Below are positions 50,841-64,000 of a DNA stretch of 64,000 bases, piece after piece (within the stretch, counting starts at the first letter, position 1; each line of letters opens with the position of its first letter). The position numbers and the translations under genes are program-made. The notes below the pieces were generated by a model. It had not been told where the DNA came from, did not search any database, and saw only the letters and a program-made list of their open reading frames with translations. Source of the DNA: Bigelowiella natans CCMP2755. Taxonomy: Eukaryota; Protista; Cercozoa. The stretch lies in contig ADNK01000422.1 of the NCBI GenBank assembly GCA_000320545.1, forward strand, positions 8,378-72,377, in the 5' to 3' direction.

Positions 50841-51695
50841 TCACAACTGGAGGCGCGAATTCGATCTTCCAAGAGATTGCCAGGTGTCGTCATACTCGTA
50901 CCTACGAAGGAGTACCACTTAAAACGATGACCGATGACATCACTGTGGAAATTCTTGAATACAATCATAATCTCAAGTCCTCTTCGAGTCCTCTTCTTTA
51001 AACCATTGGTATCATTAAGATATGACCTTGATTTCATCATGGTGTTTGCTTGATAACTGTCACACGCTTGGACTTGTGTCCAGGTCAGGCGAGGCTTAGT
51101 ACCTGCGACGATGATTTTGTAATACATATTCGCATCAATAAGAAACCGCTCTCTCCTTTCGCCCCCCCCTAGTTTCCCCAATTCACATGTCTTATGCCTT
51201 GGCATGTAATGACCATAGTTGCTCGTAGGAGAAGTTTCACTTAGCTCCTTCAGTGCTTTCCAGTACATCTTGTGGCCATGACGGCCGGTTGGGCTACTAA
51301 TAGCCAGCACTGTTCGATTAGCATACACAGTATTCGCATTGAAATTGAGAACAAATGAGTATGCTTGTTACGAAATTATTACTGGAATTTTTGTAGCCTT
51401 TGCTATATCATACTAACAAGTAATCGTTACTTTCAATCAATCACTCGAGACATTGTTTTCAAATACTCGTTGTAACGAATGTGTGTAGTGGTAAGTTGCA
51501 AATGCCACTACTGGTACTTTTATTACTTTTGGCACTTGACATTTCTCCGGATGGTGCTGACTTTATATTTCTCACAGGGGCCGGCCTTATATGCAACTTC
51601 GAAGGTTTCTAAAATATTTGGCAATTAAAAGCGATGATCCAAACCGAAACCATTTAGTAACATATGGGTTATCCTCTCCACACAACACACACACG

Positions 51696-51737
<42 letters not shown>

Positions 51738-53830
51738 GTATGTGTTGTGCATGTTTACGCGTCAGGTTTGTCTATAGATCATCATTATTGAGTTATTATT
51801 TATCATCGCGCATGCCTAAATATATCTTTATGACGAAAGAATGACGATAAACTTCTTCGCACAAAATACCCTTCTCACACGATCCATATAACTCCGTGAA
51901 GCATTCTTTGCCTAACGTGCGAGCAGCAACACAGAATTATCAAAAAACATTTTAGGTCGAATGTGCAATTAGAGATCAGAAAGGGGGAGGAAGGAGAAGA
52001 ACGAAGAGAGAAAGGAAAAGGGAAGTGCACCGATGAATATCTTGTCTTTGAAGGTGCTGTAGAAATCTTCCTAAATGTCCCGGACTTGCTCTTCATCAGA
52101 TTCACATTCAGCTGGAAAGGAACCTTAAAAAGAGTTAAAAATTTTTTCTAAATTTGGTAATACTCTCATACTTGGAGCGACATAGAAGTTTCCCTGAACA
52201 CCAAACAAAATTATGTTGATTCGATGGTTCCTGAAGACAGGTTGAATATTCCTAACCATCTCTCCTTTTTACAAAGAAGACACAAGTTCAATTTGTACAT
52301 ATTATTGAGATTTATTGCATGTATTTATTTCAACTACCCTGGGCGACGTTGTTCTGTTCATCTCTGGTACTTCAAGAGGTTTTTTCCTGTGGATAATCGT
52401 CTTAATACTTCGTTTTGATTCTGAATCTAGAGCTACGCAAGTACCCAGAGGGGTGACATTATATCACGTTCTCTCAACTACAAACCAAAGATTTTCTATA
52501 GGTGAAATATTTACCTCGGGATATCATTCTCCCATAAGAATGTAGACTGATGCCTCAAGTTGTTCCAAGAGTCAGTCATACACCTCCTCTCGTCGGGACT
52601 CTGTTGTCGCATTATTGTTTCAATTTTAGAGTAGTTGAATATAGCGCGCCATTTTTCATTTTAAAGGTTGATCCACAAAGGCGGTGATAAGGAGGGACAA
52701 ACTGCTACCTTAGGCCTATATTCGAGATCCTCGGGGGTAGCAAGCTTGGAAATGTGAGTGCGGTCCTTCAAACGTCTATGAAGCTTCTTAGTCGTATCAG
52801 TAAACCTTGACAAGACACACAAATGTCTAAACAGGTGCACGTACATTCACTCGGAATCTTGTCTACCCACACTATCAAGTACCTCGTATGGAAACGCGCC
52901 CTGTTTGGAATCTCTTTCGTGGGGTAGCGGTGACGAAATACCAATTTGCGATCTTGATAAACCTCATAGCCATTGTTCACATTGAGAACTGAGAAAGAGA
53001 ATGAGAGATGTATTACCAATGGACGTCTTTAGAGTCACAATAACCGCAATCGCTATTTTCTTTCTAAAAATCACGTTTAGTTCCCATATGCAACCCTCTG
53101 CTTCTTATTGTCGTACAAAAAATTTACTTTTTGATCTCTCGAAATCGATGCTCCTTGCGATGCGCTCGCGCTCAAGTTCATACCTGATTTATGATAGATA
53201 ATGTTTTTCAGTGATATATTTATGCTTCGTGGCTTATCACAACACATCACTATCTCTCCAGCGAATACTTATACAATGACGCTTACGCACACCATGAAGT
53301 TTCCAAGAAAATTATTATGTTATCTAGTATGTAGCACTTACTTTTTGGACGAAACTCTATCGTGGTCAAGGTGCAAATGCTTCTCGGTATCACGAAACAC
53401 GTGTGGTTGTTCACGATAAGTTTGGGGATGGTCTGGAAATTCAATTTTTGTGAGAGAACAAACAACAGCATATTTGTGAGAGCAGCCGGCCAATTGTTCA
53501 ATTTACAGTTATAAAGAAATGAAAAACAACATGATGATACCAATTACTATCGATGTAATAAAGAAATGAAAAACAACATGATTATACCAATTACCATCGA
53601 TGTTGCTTTCGTTCATCCACTTGTTAACTCTCAATGCATATGATTCCGCCAACTTTTTCCTCAAATGTTTGTCGCGTTTGCCCATCCTGGCAGCGCGCTC
53701 TGCTGATTGCATGGCGATCATGTCCTGCTCGTGCTTGAACAGGTTGTACATTTTGAAGCTGATGAGAGTATGGATCCGCACTTGCTGTGCCCGTTTGGAG
53801 TCTACAACTTCCCTTCGTACGTCCTCCTTT
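50841..53830 (-). CDS. Hypothetical multi-exon protein (basic, charged)
   Basis: GT-AG flanked open exons, e.g. MYNLFKHEQDMIAMQSAERAARMGKRDKHLRKKLAESYALRVNKW, NNGYEVYQDRKLVFRHRYPTKEIPNRARFHTR and YWKALKELSETSPTSNYGHYMPRHKTCELG. No family recognised; ends approximate. Confidence 0.55.
53511..53604. repeat. 47-bp tandem duplication spanning a 5' splice site
   Basis: ATAAAGAAATGAAAAACAACATGAT(G/T)ATACCAATTAC(T/C)ATCGATGT occurs twice. Confidence 0.9.
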
Positions 53831-54165
53831 TATCTGCGTACCTTGTGAAGTTGATAAGGGGGTTGTTGGTTGTTTTTGGTTGACAAGATTGAGATATGAT
53901 GAGGTGTTTTTAAACCAAAAATTGGGAAAATAGGTATGTCGCAAGTCAAAAAACAACTTCTAATTACTTTCTCTAAGTTGAAAATTGGTTTCGAAAGTGA
54001 GTACGTGTTCCTTCGCTCCAATCTCACGATGAAAAACGCATGGAATATGAAACCTTGATCACATAATTTTTATGTCGCATCCTCAAATAGGGGGTAGTTT
54101 TTGCAGTTCATCTCGGATACTTCGCAAGATACAAAAATCGCATGAGGCAAAAAAGTTACACAATG

Positions 54166-54239
54166 AGGTCTCGCCGGGATTCGAACCCGGGACTGCAGGA
54201 TCAGAACCTGCCGTGCTAACCGAACTACACTACAAGACC
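54166..54239 (-). tRNA. tRNA-Gln(CTG)
   Basis: GGTCTTG/CGAGACC acceptor stem, anticodon arm GCAGG-TTCTGAT-CCTGC, T arm CCGGG-TTCGAAT-CCCGG, and an oligo-T Pol III terminator about 11 nt downstream. Confidence 0.96.
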
Positions 54240-54529
54240 AATTGTGGACGCAATGTGTTAACAAAGTGAATTTTAATGAAACCCACATCAAGATAAAACA
54301 TGTTTGGTAATTTGCCTTTTTGCGAGCCGCCGTTCACGGTATTACTTAATTTTTTGTAGACACTTCGTTTCAACAGACGAACACTCTAATAATGAATGTG
54401 ATGTGATACGCGTAGATCTGGATAAATAAACATCAATAATACTTCGAAGAGCATGTTTGTTAGAGGCAGAAAGAACGAAAGAGCACACTACCTACTGCTG
54501 CCACGAATGTAGCCTTGCGTCTCACATGA

Positions 54530-56795
54530 ATGCAAGGCGCAAGGCAAATATCGGCTGGTGGTGGTGGCGGTTGTGGTGAGCTCCAGGTAATAACACGCAT
54601 AACTATAAATAGAGAAAAGAAGAGTACGAGTACTAGTGTGGGTCAAACTAGTCGGAAGGTCTTCAAATGTTGCTCAGGAAACAACAATCACACAAGCACA
54701 CATCCCATCCAGTATCAAGATGCTGAAACCATGCGTGAGAGGTTGCCCGTGCAATCGAAAAGAGATGTTGACAACCAGTGTAGCCACATATAGACTGCTC
54801 TGTTAATCCAACGAGAGAGCAATTCGAAGCATGAGCTTCATTCGTATGCCATTCGATTCGTAGGAGTAAGTGTATGTACTCCCTACGGGTCAGGATTCGA
54901 ACCATCTGTACTTCGATGAAATTTTCCTCCTTTGTCTCATTTATGTCACGCTGTACAAATTGTTGAGATATGAAAGGGTATTCGATTATTTTGATGTGTT
55001 CCAACAAAATGCAGGATGGTGCTTTACTTTGACGGGGATAGTGGTGTTGGTGGTACGACCCCACACTGGACTGCTCACACGTCTACATCTTTCATACATG
55101 TTTATTCATGATTTATGTTCTCTTGCTCATTGTTGTATTCAAACCGCAGCAATCAAACTTATGATTGCATTCAAGCAGATTTCTAAACCCACCTTTTCAT
55201 TAATTTATTCGGAGGCTTTCAGCAACTTATTGTCCGTCACGAAGAAATTGTTTGGATCAAATATTGACTCTGAACTCCAGGTTGGACTTTTCTCTGCATC
55301 GTCCATGCTGGAGACCATCGAAGACGAGCTCAACAAATTTCTACAGTAACTTGTCAAATTTAGGGAAAAGAAACAAAGAGTGGAGGAGCATATTCAGTGC
55401 CTCTTATCCTTAAACAAAACGCGATAGGCGTACAGAGATGGCATGAATATATCTTGTTTCTGTTTGATCATACAAGGGTAATCTTTGGGGGAACTGTACA
55501 TCTTAATCTGCACGCTTTGTTGCAGGGTGAAGACTGAAGGGGAAGACCCCACCCGCTACGAGCGTTACATCAACCAAAAAGTAGATCCAGATCCTGCAAT
55601 ATCGTAAGGAGTTTTCCTTAGTTCAAAAAATTAAATTATGAAATGTATTAATACTAATACTACTATGCACATCTATGATGAATTACATTTGGACGATCTC
55701 CTTCTTTATTGTATAGATTGAGGAAGATTTACATGTTCAACCTGACCAACTTACAAGAGGTCGTCCTACTTGGCGAAACACCCAACTATGAAGAAATAGG
55801 TAATACTTGAAGTAGCACTAACCGCTATATGAATCATATGCGTAATTTATTACACAAGAATTATGTCGTGAATTATGCACTGCACGTTACAATTATACTC
55901 GTTTTCAACGTGTATTGGTCCATGACATAGTGTAGAAGTTCAAAGGATAAAGGTTGTGTGAATCAAGATAAATTAATAGAGACTGTTTAGAATAATACTC
56001 TTGATTATTGCCAGGTCCCTACAGTTTTAATTCGTACACGATTCGATACAACGACTCCTTCAATGCTGATCAAACCCTGGTTGTTTTTCGCGAATTCAAT
56101 CCTATCATCCCCCACCTCGTTTAAGAAGAAGTGTGTTTGTTTCTACAACCATACTTAGATGACGGCGAGAGAACGAGTTGAATACTACTTTCTTCCTGAG
56201 AAATCTTGTGCGGCTTGTAGTTTGGTATACTATGATAAGTTTTCGTCATTTGTCCTTGCTGGCATGTATATCTTTTTCTGGGGACACATACTACAAAGCT
56301 GCACATACAATACATGTATATGATAATACCTAAAATTTTCAATGTTTCGTAAAATAATATCAAATGTTGCCTTCTTCTCTCCCAACTAAGACGGATAAAA
56401 TTACCGGGCCAAACATTGTCGTTGCTGGGACACTGGAGGCTCTCCCAAAGGTAATAGTACTTAATTCCTGGCCACCATTCCCCCCCAATGTTTTTTTACA
56501 CATATCAATACAAAATTTATAAAATAAATGACGTTCCGCATCACATTGTTGTGTCTTCATCGTGCAGGATCAATCAGATCCCGCACTTCTTCTCCCTTTG
56601 GTCAATCTGGGGAATTGGCTGCAAATATTTTTCACGGTGAGTGTGGTTATATCGCAAACTTGCGCTGTTAGTGTATTATCGACTTATTTCATGATGAAAA
56701 AGTAGATTCTGGAAGATTTCGCAGCTTCCACTTGCCAGAGAAACGTCGACTGTATTAAGGTAATCTCAAGCACAGCTTCATTATGCGTGTGTGCG

Positions 56796-56839
<44 letters not shown>

Positions 56840-56899
56840 AACAGCAGTAACATTAAACCGATTCCTTACAAAGTTTTTGTTCTAAATTAAAAAGTAGTG

Positions 56900-56935
<36 letters not shown>

Positions 56936-57575
56936 TACTACTACTCCATCTTCTACGGAGTATGTTTACCTACTATATCCTGATGGGTATCTTCTCTTCT
57001 TTCTTCGGTTATTTTTCAACGATATAGTTACTGTATTTTTCATGTTGTGCGCAGTTAACTGTTAGTGCTCAGTGGGGTTCATTGGAAGGTGCTTCGACTA
57101 TTAATACTACTACCACTATTATGCAATGAAAGAAGAAGAAGAAGAAGAAGAAGAAGGAGTAAGTGGTACATTTCCTGAATACTGGCTTCCCATCCCCCGT
57201 TCTCTCTCCTAGGAATTCTACCAACTGCACCGCAGCCCGTTGTGGCAACAGGACAGACTCTTGCAGGTAGTAGCTAGCTAACTGTTAACCACCAAACACC
57301 GAAAATAGTCAAATAAATTAGAAAATAAGAGCACGCCAATCGAGAGATAGAAGTTTGTTTACGTATAGTTCTTTGTACGACAGGTTTAATTACCACCTAC
57401 GATATCCATCAGACAACATAACAAATTACTTTGTATGTAGAATCACCAGTCGTAATGAGTCAGCTACAGCTTCTTTCTCCTCCATCGTTCAAATTCATCA
57501 ACGAATTAAAGGTCTTGGTACGCATTATAAACTCCATTACTTACCTCACTTGATACATGCCAATGTTTACTACGA

Positions 57576-57609
<34 letters not shown>

Positions 57610-59319
57610 GGTGGTGGTAGTGGGCGATATTCTTATTGTATTATTTATTATCAGACAACATTTGGCATTGATGGGGAGATTGGTAAGCTTCCTGAAGGAG
57701 CACTCGTCACAGCAACCATAGCCAATCAGTGGATATATGGTAGTGATAACCAATCAATGGATATATATGCACACTGAACATAACCTTCACCAAGAATAAT
57801 AATAACAACAATTATCATCATCATCATCATCATCATCATTATCACAGAATGTTTATTTTTAGAAGCTGCGTTGGCCATAACCTTATCTTAAAATACCGTT
57901 AATGTTGTTGCTGTCGCTGCTACGTACCGCTACTGCTGTGTCACATCATATACCTAGAATATATGAATCATCAAATACCTGCCTCTTACATCGTTTTCTT
58001 CACCACCAAAGGAAACAAAACAGAGACAGGGGCCTTCTGCAATATCCTGGAAGTCGACGTTGTTCCTGGTAGTTATTGACACGCAAAGAAAATAGAACTC
58101 ACTACAAATCAAAGATAATGGTGATGAGGGTGATTGGTGATGATAGTACTCAAAATAGTAATCTTGCTTCACAATGTAAGAGAAGCAAGCAGAAATTGCA
58201 TTCCATTGAAACCATTGAATATATTTAGTCAAACACACAGATACACAAAGAATACTACTCTCACACTATGTTTAGCATAGGAAGAAATTGTAAAATAATC
58301 ATGGAATATACTTTGCACGTATTATCTGCATAACGACAAGATGATGCTGTATTGGTATCATTTATCAACCAGGACTTTCATGTGGTGCATATGTGCTTCA
58401 AGTTTTCCAAACAGCATCCGCTCAGGGGTAGGTTGCTGATGTCCATTATGATGTCATGTGATCATTGATTACACAACAGAGGCGGCGAGTGTCGTTTACC
58501 GATAGTAATCAATCGCTATATAGATAAACAGGAAAGACCATTCAATAGCTAAAATGACTGGAGGGTGATGATGTTGATAATATCATCATTAACTCTTTGC
58601 TTCAACACAATAGACATTATCTTATGTCTTCTAATCTTACCCATTTCTTAGGTTGGACTCTACACAAGCTGCGGGTGCTGTGTTGCTTCAATTTCCGTTA
58701 TTTGAGACTCCAGAAACTACTTTGGCCATTGTATGTATTATGAGAAGAAGAAGGAGAAGAAGAAGAAGGAGAAGAAGAAGAAGGAGAAGAAGAAGAAAAA
58801 GTAGACGAATATATATTCGATGTTAAGATTGCAATTTGGAGGTTGAATGAGTGACTTAGTGAACGAGTGATGCTATCGTTCGTATCGTATCTTCTACTCT
58901 TAATATGTACGGAGCAGGTGCAATGTTGTATCTTACTTCATCATCATCGTGATTTCTCACACAGATAAACTACCTAAATCTGTACGCCATCGGAGCAAAC
59001 AATGCTATAGCAAAGCTATCACACTCTACCATGTACACGGTTTGGCAGTAAATATTGATGATGATGATGGTGATGGTGATGAGAATCACCGAACAGAATC
59101 TTAACATATGAGAAGGAGAAAATGAACAGAGGGATGGGGGTGGGGGGGGAGGGAGGGAGAGAGAGAGAGAGAGAGAGAGAGGTGTATCAAGTTCTTCATT
59201 TTTCATCAGCTTCCATATGGACACTTTTTTGTGACGAAGACCGTAAATGAGTGGCTTTTTCGAGAGGTAAGCAATATTTTTCATCGTCAAATTAACATTT
59301 CACAAAGTAAGCAGCAGAA

Positions 59320-59350
<31 letters not shown>

Positions 59351-59701
59351 ATGAAAATGATGATAATGAAGATGATGATAATGAAGATGATGATAATGAA
59401 GATGATGATAATGAAGATGATGATAATGAAGAAGACTGTGTACATACGAGTAACGTATTATTACTGACGAAAGGACAACATTGTTGCGGAGTTGTTGGGA
59501 GGAGCTGATGGGAATCCAAACCGGTTGTTTGCACATAACAACACCAATAACAACAACAACAACAATAATAATAATAACACCAATATAGTGACGGAGGAGG
59601 AAGAAGGAGGATGATGATGATGATGATGATGATTATGCCACAAAACATCTACCTGATAAGATCGTCGTTTGAATTCATATGCACACATAACAACATACTC
59701 T

Positions 59702-59760
<59 letters not shown>

Positions 59761-60144
59761 TTCGTGCTGATTGGAAACTACACACAAGAGGAATCATATA
59801 GGTAGTTATGTACATGTAGTATAACAGGAAATCAATATATCAGCAACGAGAAAATTTATGAGGAGTAGCAAGAGGCAGACAGTCTCTTTGAAGAATCTTC
59901 TTTTGTTCCCCTTGAGTATTTCGACTGCTGTTTAGTATGTAAAACGTACAGAGTAATGACGATTGTTCTGTGATGTATTGTTGTCGTCAAATATGAATAC
60001 AGATGGGAACCACATATATTCTCCAGCTGGACGACTGGGAAGAGAGATATCACTCGAAGGTACTACTACAATGCTACTATTACTACTACTACTACTACTA
60101 CTACTACGTATTGCACTCTTCAGTCGTTCATACTACGATAAACA

Positions 60145-60178
<34 letters not shown>

Positions 60179-60246
60179 GAGGAGCAACTGTCTGCTACGA
60201 GCAATGGTGTAACATACTACCCAAGAACGCACCAGGAGTAAGCGCC

Positions 60247-60285
<39 letters not shown>

Positions 60286-60737
60286 CGTACTATATCTATG
60301 ATGATGATGATGATAATGATAATGATGGCGACAGTAGTAGTGTTGGTAAGCAGCAACAGCAGTGGCTTGTTTTAAATCACAAATTGCAGTAAGGAGGATG
60401 TGAGAAGGGGGGAATAGAGGTTGCATATCGGAGTAAGTTAATGAAGATAGTAGCATGCCTTATAGTCTTAGTTATGATGATGATTATTTACAACACAACC
60501 AGCACCATGTAAAGACAAAGTCAGCTTAATCATGATCAGTAACATTGCGATTTTCATCATACTATTAACAGGTGCCTGGATTCTGTGGAGGTCCTACACC
60601 TATCGATGGTAGTAGAAAGAGTCGTAGAAGAAAACAAAAAATGAGGAGGATAATTATACTATGAATGAGTATTTATAAAATAGACGAAATATGTAAATGA
60701 TGACATGAACTCAATACTCTTTCTGCCGCAGTAAGTT

Positions 60738-60771
<34 letters not shown>

Positions 60772-61486
60772 AATTACTACAAATACTACTACTTCTGATT
60801 TAGTGAGAGTAGTCCTACGTACATATCCGCTTCTTCTTCTTCTTTGTGTCTTTGTGAGTGAGTATAGTAATGTGACTACAACTAGTGTGTAGTAGCAGTA
60901 GTAGTAGTAGCAGCAGGATGTATACGATGTATTCTTTGTTATTCTCGATAATTAGGTCGCTCAGGATATCAGTTATTTGGTCCAGGCCGTAAGACAGTGT
61001 ATTGGTAATACTTCTACCTCTTGAAGATGATGATATACTACTACGTGCTCCCTCTGATGAGACACCACACACTATAAACTATTATCAGTATAAGCAGATC
61101 ATACATCATATAATCATCACAACGAAGGAACACATTGATACATGGAAAAGCCGCATTTTATTACTTCTTTTGATTCCATGATTGAGTTGTTATTGTTTTA
61201 TTTGTCATCATGACTGTGAGCCTTCTCCTCCTCCTCATCATCATCATCATATATTTATCTCCAGGTGGCGATCACGTGTGTCTAGATCCACAACATCGTA
61301 CGTGTGGGACAATGATGCACGGTAGGTAGTTCTTGTTGTTGCCTCCTGCTAACCTACAGCACCATCAGTCATTGGAGAGGGGAGCAATTATCAGCTATTA
61401 CAAAATAAGTCGATTATGTCGTCGTGTGACCTGTTCTTGATGTATATGCGTCATCATCAGTGAGATAATAGCATTGTTGCTGCTGC

Positions 61487-61522
<36 letters not shown>

Positions 61523-61764
61523 GTTCACTTACAGGCGATCTGCAGGGTTTGGATTCGAGAAAGCAGAGAGGGTAATGATAGTGGTGGTAGTAGTAGTAGC
61601 AGTGGTAATAGTGATAGTAACAAATACACGCCATTAACAGCATCAATGAAATGATATGCATACGAAGCCATTAATAGTATATTTATTACTAGTTCTATTA
61701 TTATTCCTTCCTGTAACATCATCGTTGTAAATGGCAACTATTACCACTACTACTACCACTACTA

Positions 61765-61801
<37 letters not shown>

Positions 61802-62441
61802 ACTATCCAGGTAAACGGCATAGAGCTTTTACGATATCAAGTCCAACTGGAAACAATTAAGGTACTACTTCTACAACAACAACTACTACTACTTACTGCG
61901 GTAGAAAGAGTATTGAGTGCGTGTCATCATTTACATATTTCGTCTATTTTATAAATATTCAGTCACAGTATCATTATCCTCCTCATCTTTTTAGTATTTG
62001 GCAGAAGTGAATGATGTTATGCAGATTAAGAATCTTTCTTCCTCTGTCTCTCTCCCTCCATCTCATAGGCAAATGCTACATTTGACATGCAATTTAATAC
62101 CCTCTTGGATCAAACTTGCTTGACGGGGTAAGAAGAATTATCATGGTGATGATGATGATAATATCGATAGCAGCAAACAACTGGTTGATAATATCGATAG
62201 CAGCAAACAACTGGTTTCCTCCTCTTACCTGCCTGGTTGGTGTATATACATGTATATTATTATTAAGTAGCTGATACTACGTGCGTACATCCATAGAGGT
62301 ATTCCTGTAGTGGCCTCATTTCCCCATTTTTATGGAGCTGATGACCTGCCAAACTCATGGAAACCAAATGGAATACTACCACCGGACAGAGAAAGAGATT
62401 CACTATTTTACTGGGTATTAATTGTTGTTATTGGTATTATG

Positions 62442-62476
<35 letters not shown>

Positions 62477-63699
62477 ATGTGTGTGGTGTGCGTGTGTATT
62501 CCCTCCCACCATTCCCACCAATATTACTTCCATAACATGATCAACGAAGATATGATGATGATAACCTAGGTCCTAGAAGCAGGAGGATTCACGATGAAAG
62601 GCCAAGTATCTATTCAGGTAGTGTTAGTGTTATTATTGTCATATATGACATATAACTTAGGATCTATATTATTATGACAACAATTATTTATCTAAAACAA
62701 CATCAGGTACTTGATTGAGTAAAAGCAGTCTAGTACTACCATCATCATCATCGTCATCGTCATCACCAGCATCATCGTTATTATCATCATCACTATCATC
62801 ACTATCATCATCATCATCATCATCATCATTCTCATGATATGCTCATCATCCATACTCCTCACACACCTCTCTGCTGCTGATGATGATATTAGGTGAATAT
62901 CAAAGGTCGTCGCAATTGGTATTCTGTGAACCCGGTAGTGCTATACAGCAGCAGTAGTAGCGTAGACAACACCAAAGAATATTATATTTCTATTTCGATA
63001 CTACTAGACTATTCTCCTTCCATGACAAAGCAGCACCATGCTTGTGGTTAGTGTGGTCTTTGGTGTCATAGTTTGGTGGGGCGAGGCGACGATGAAACCT
63101 AAAACAATAGATATATGCACTGATAAAAATTCATTGTAATTGTTCTACGTTGTTGATTGGATTATTATTATTATTATTATTGTGTTAACCAAGAATACTA
63201 CGCTTCGCACCAACTACACGTTGTTTCCAATCTTCTTTCGGACGAATTTTGATACTTTAAGTGATGAGGTATATATCTTGTTTGTTGTTGTTGCTGTAGC
63301 TGTTGTTGATGATGATTATAATTCAGTTCTTCACGTACTACTACGATCTATTTCTCCTACCAAATGCTACCAGCAAATACTACGACTGCTAATACTATTA
63401 CTACTAATACTTACTATCTAGGACTTCATGGGTGCAGAAGACTTCCAAGGGTTGGTGCTGATCTTTCTTTGATGAATATCCTCTTCGTCACTATCAATAC
63501 CATCATCGTCAATATCAATATCATCAGGTTCATAAACTTGTCAGAGATTGTGTTCTTAGTCGCCGTTCTGTTGGGTCCTGCACTAATTGTGTCTGGAGTA
63601 TTGGGGCTATCTAAAGCTATGATGGTGAAAAAGGATCAACTCCATGGAAAACAGGATGATGGTGAGTTGAGTGATGATGTGTGTAGGAATATGACTTGA
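54530..63699 (+). CDS. CD36/scavenger receptor class B (LIMP-2/LmpA-like) protein with very many small exons; may extend past the window
   Basis: N-terminal TM (WCFTLTGIVVLV), YMFNLTNLQEVVLLGETPNYEEIG/PYSF, GIPVVASFPHFYGADD, GFTMKGQVSIQ/VN, and C-terminal TM (IVFLVAVLLGPALIVSGVLGL). Confidence 0.85.
59357..59431. repeat. 15-bp minisatellite (ATGATGATAATGAAG)n in a CD36 intron
   Basis: About five tandem units read directly from the sequence. Confidence 0.85.
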
Positions 63700-63792
63700 C
63701 TTGTGGTATAAACTATGATGGATGAGAAAGAAGAAGAAGAAGAAGAAGAAGAAGAAGAAGAAGAAGAGAAACAGAAATACGTGTGTGTGTGC

Positions 63793-63829
<37 letters not shown>

Positions 63830-63916
63830 TGGGTATGAATTTCAACAGAAGCAGCAGCAAATGGGTGTCTGCGGGTGGTTAATTATTGTGAAGAAACTAT
63901 TATTAAGGTAGTAGTC

Positions 63917-63952
<36 letters not shown>

Positions 63953-64000
63953 TGAATTTGAGTCCCAATGTGGATGATGATGATGATGATGATGATGATG

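Noticed and set aside
54877-54905. B-box-like GGTTCGAATCC on the minus strand, suggesting a second tRNA
   Set aside because: No acceptor, D or anticodon arm can be folded around it, and it lies in a CD36 intron.
62156-62215. 30-bp perfect tandem duplication
   Set aside because: It is intronic, does not touch splice signals, and is an ordinary slippage product.
58970-63860. Numerous short ORFs with poly-H, poly-M, poly-Y or CVCV runs
   Set aside because: They are translations of intronic microsatellites.

Overview
Eukaryotic nuclear DNA from an intron-rich protist. The bipartite signal plus Ser/Arg-rich leader on the leucyl aminopeptidase suggests a secondary-plastid alga, probably a chlorarachniophyte (inference). 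The window holds about 15 host protein genes, mostly alternating head-to-head and tail-to-tail: U-box/GTPase (partial), ERdj3-like DnaJ, RPS21, RPL3, a GT23-like fucosyltransferase, an NHL-repeat/pseudophosphatase protein, p24, M17 LAP, a type-I membrane protein, an EF-hand coiled-coil protein, an AhpC-like protein, PIF1, two hypothetical genes and a CD36-like gene. It also holds one tRNA-Gln(CTG), a very young full-length Ty3/Gypsy LTR retrotransposon and a degenerate MITE. Highlights that the ORF track misses: (1) the Gypsy Pol ends in a DIRS-type DAM (N6-adenine methyltransferase)-like domain, and its gag-pro/pol frame break lies inside RT; (2) an 8-exon AhpC-like selenoprotein with an in-frame UGA (RGNW-U-PPC) and a type-II SECIS; (3) CTAG/TGCA/CATG-saturated spacers that recur downstream of gene 3' ends and host both transposons; (4) a U-box E3 domain fused to a P-loop GTPase. 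All exon structures were read by hand, and several gene starts are approximate.
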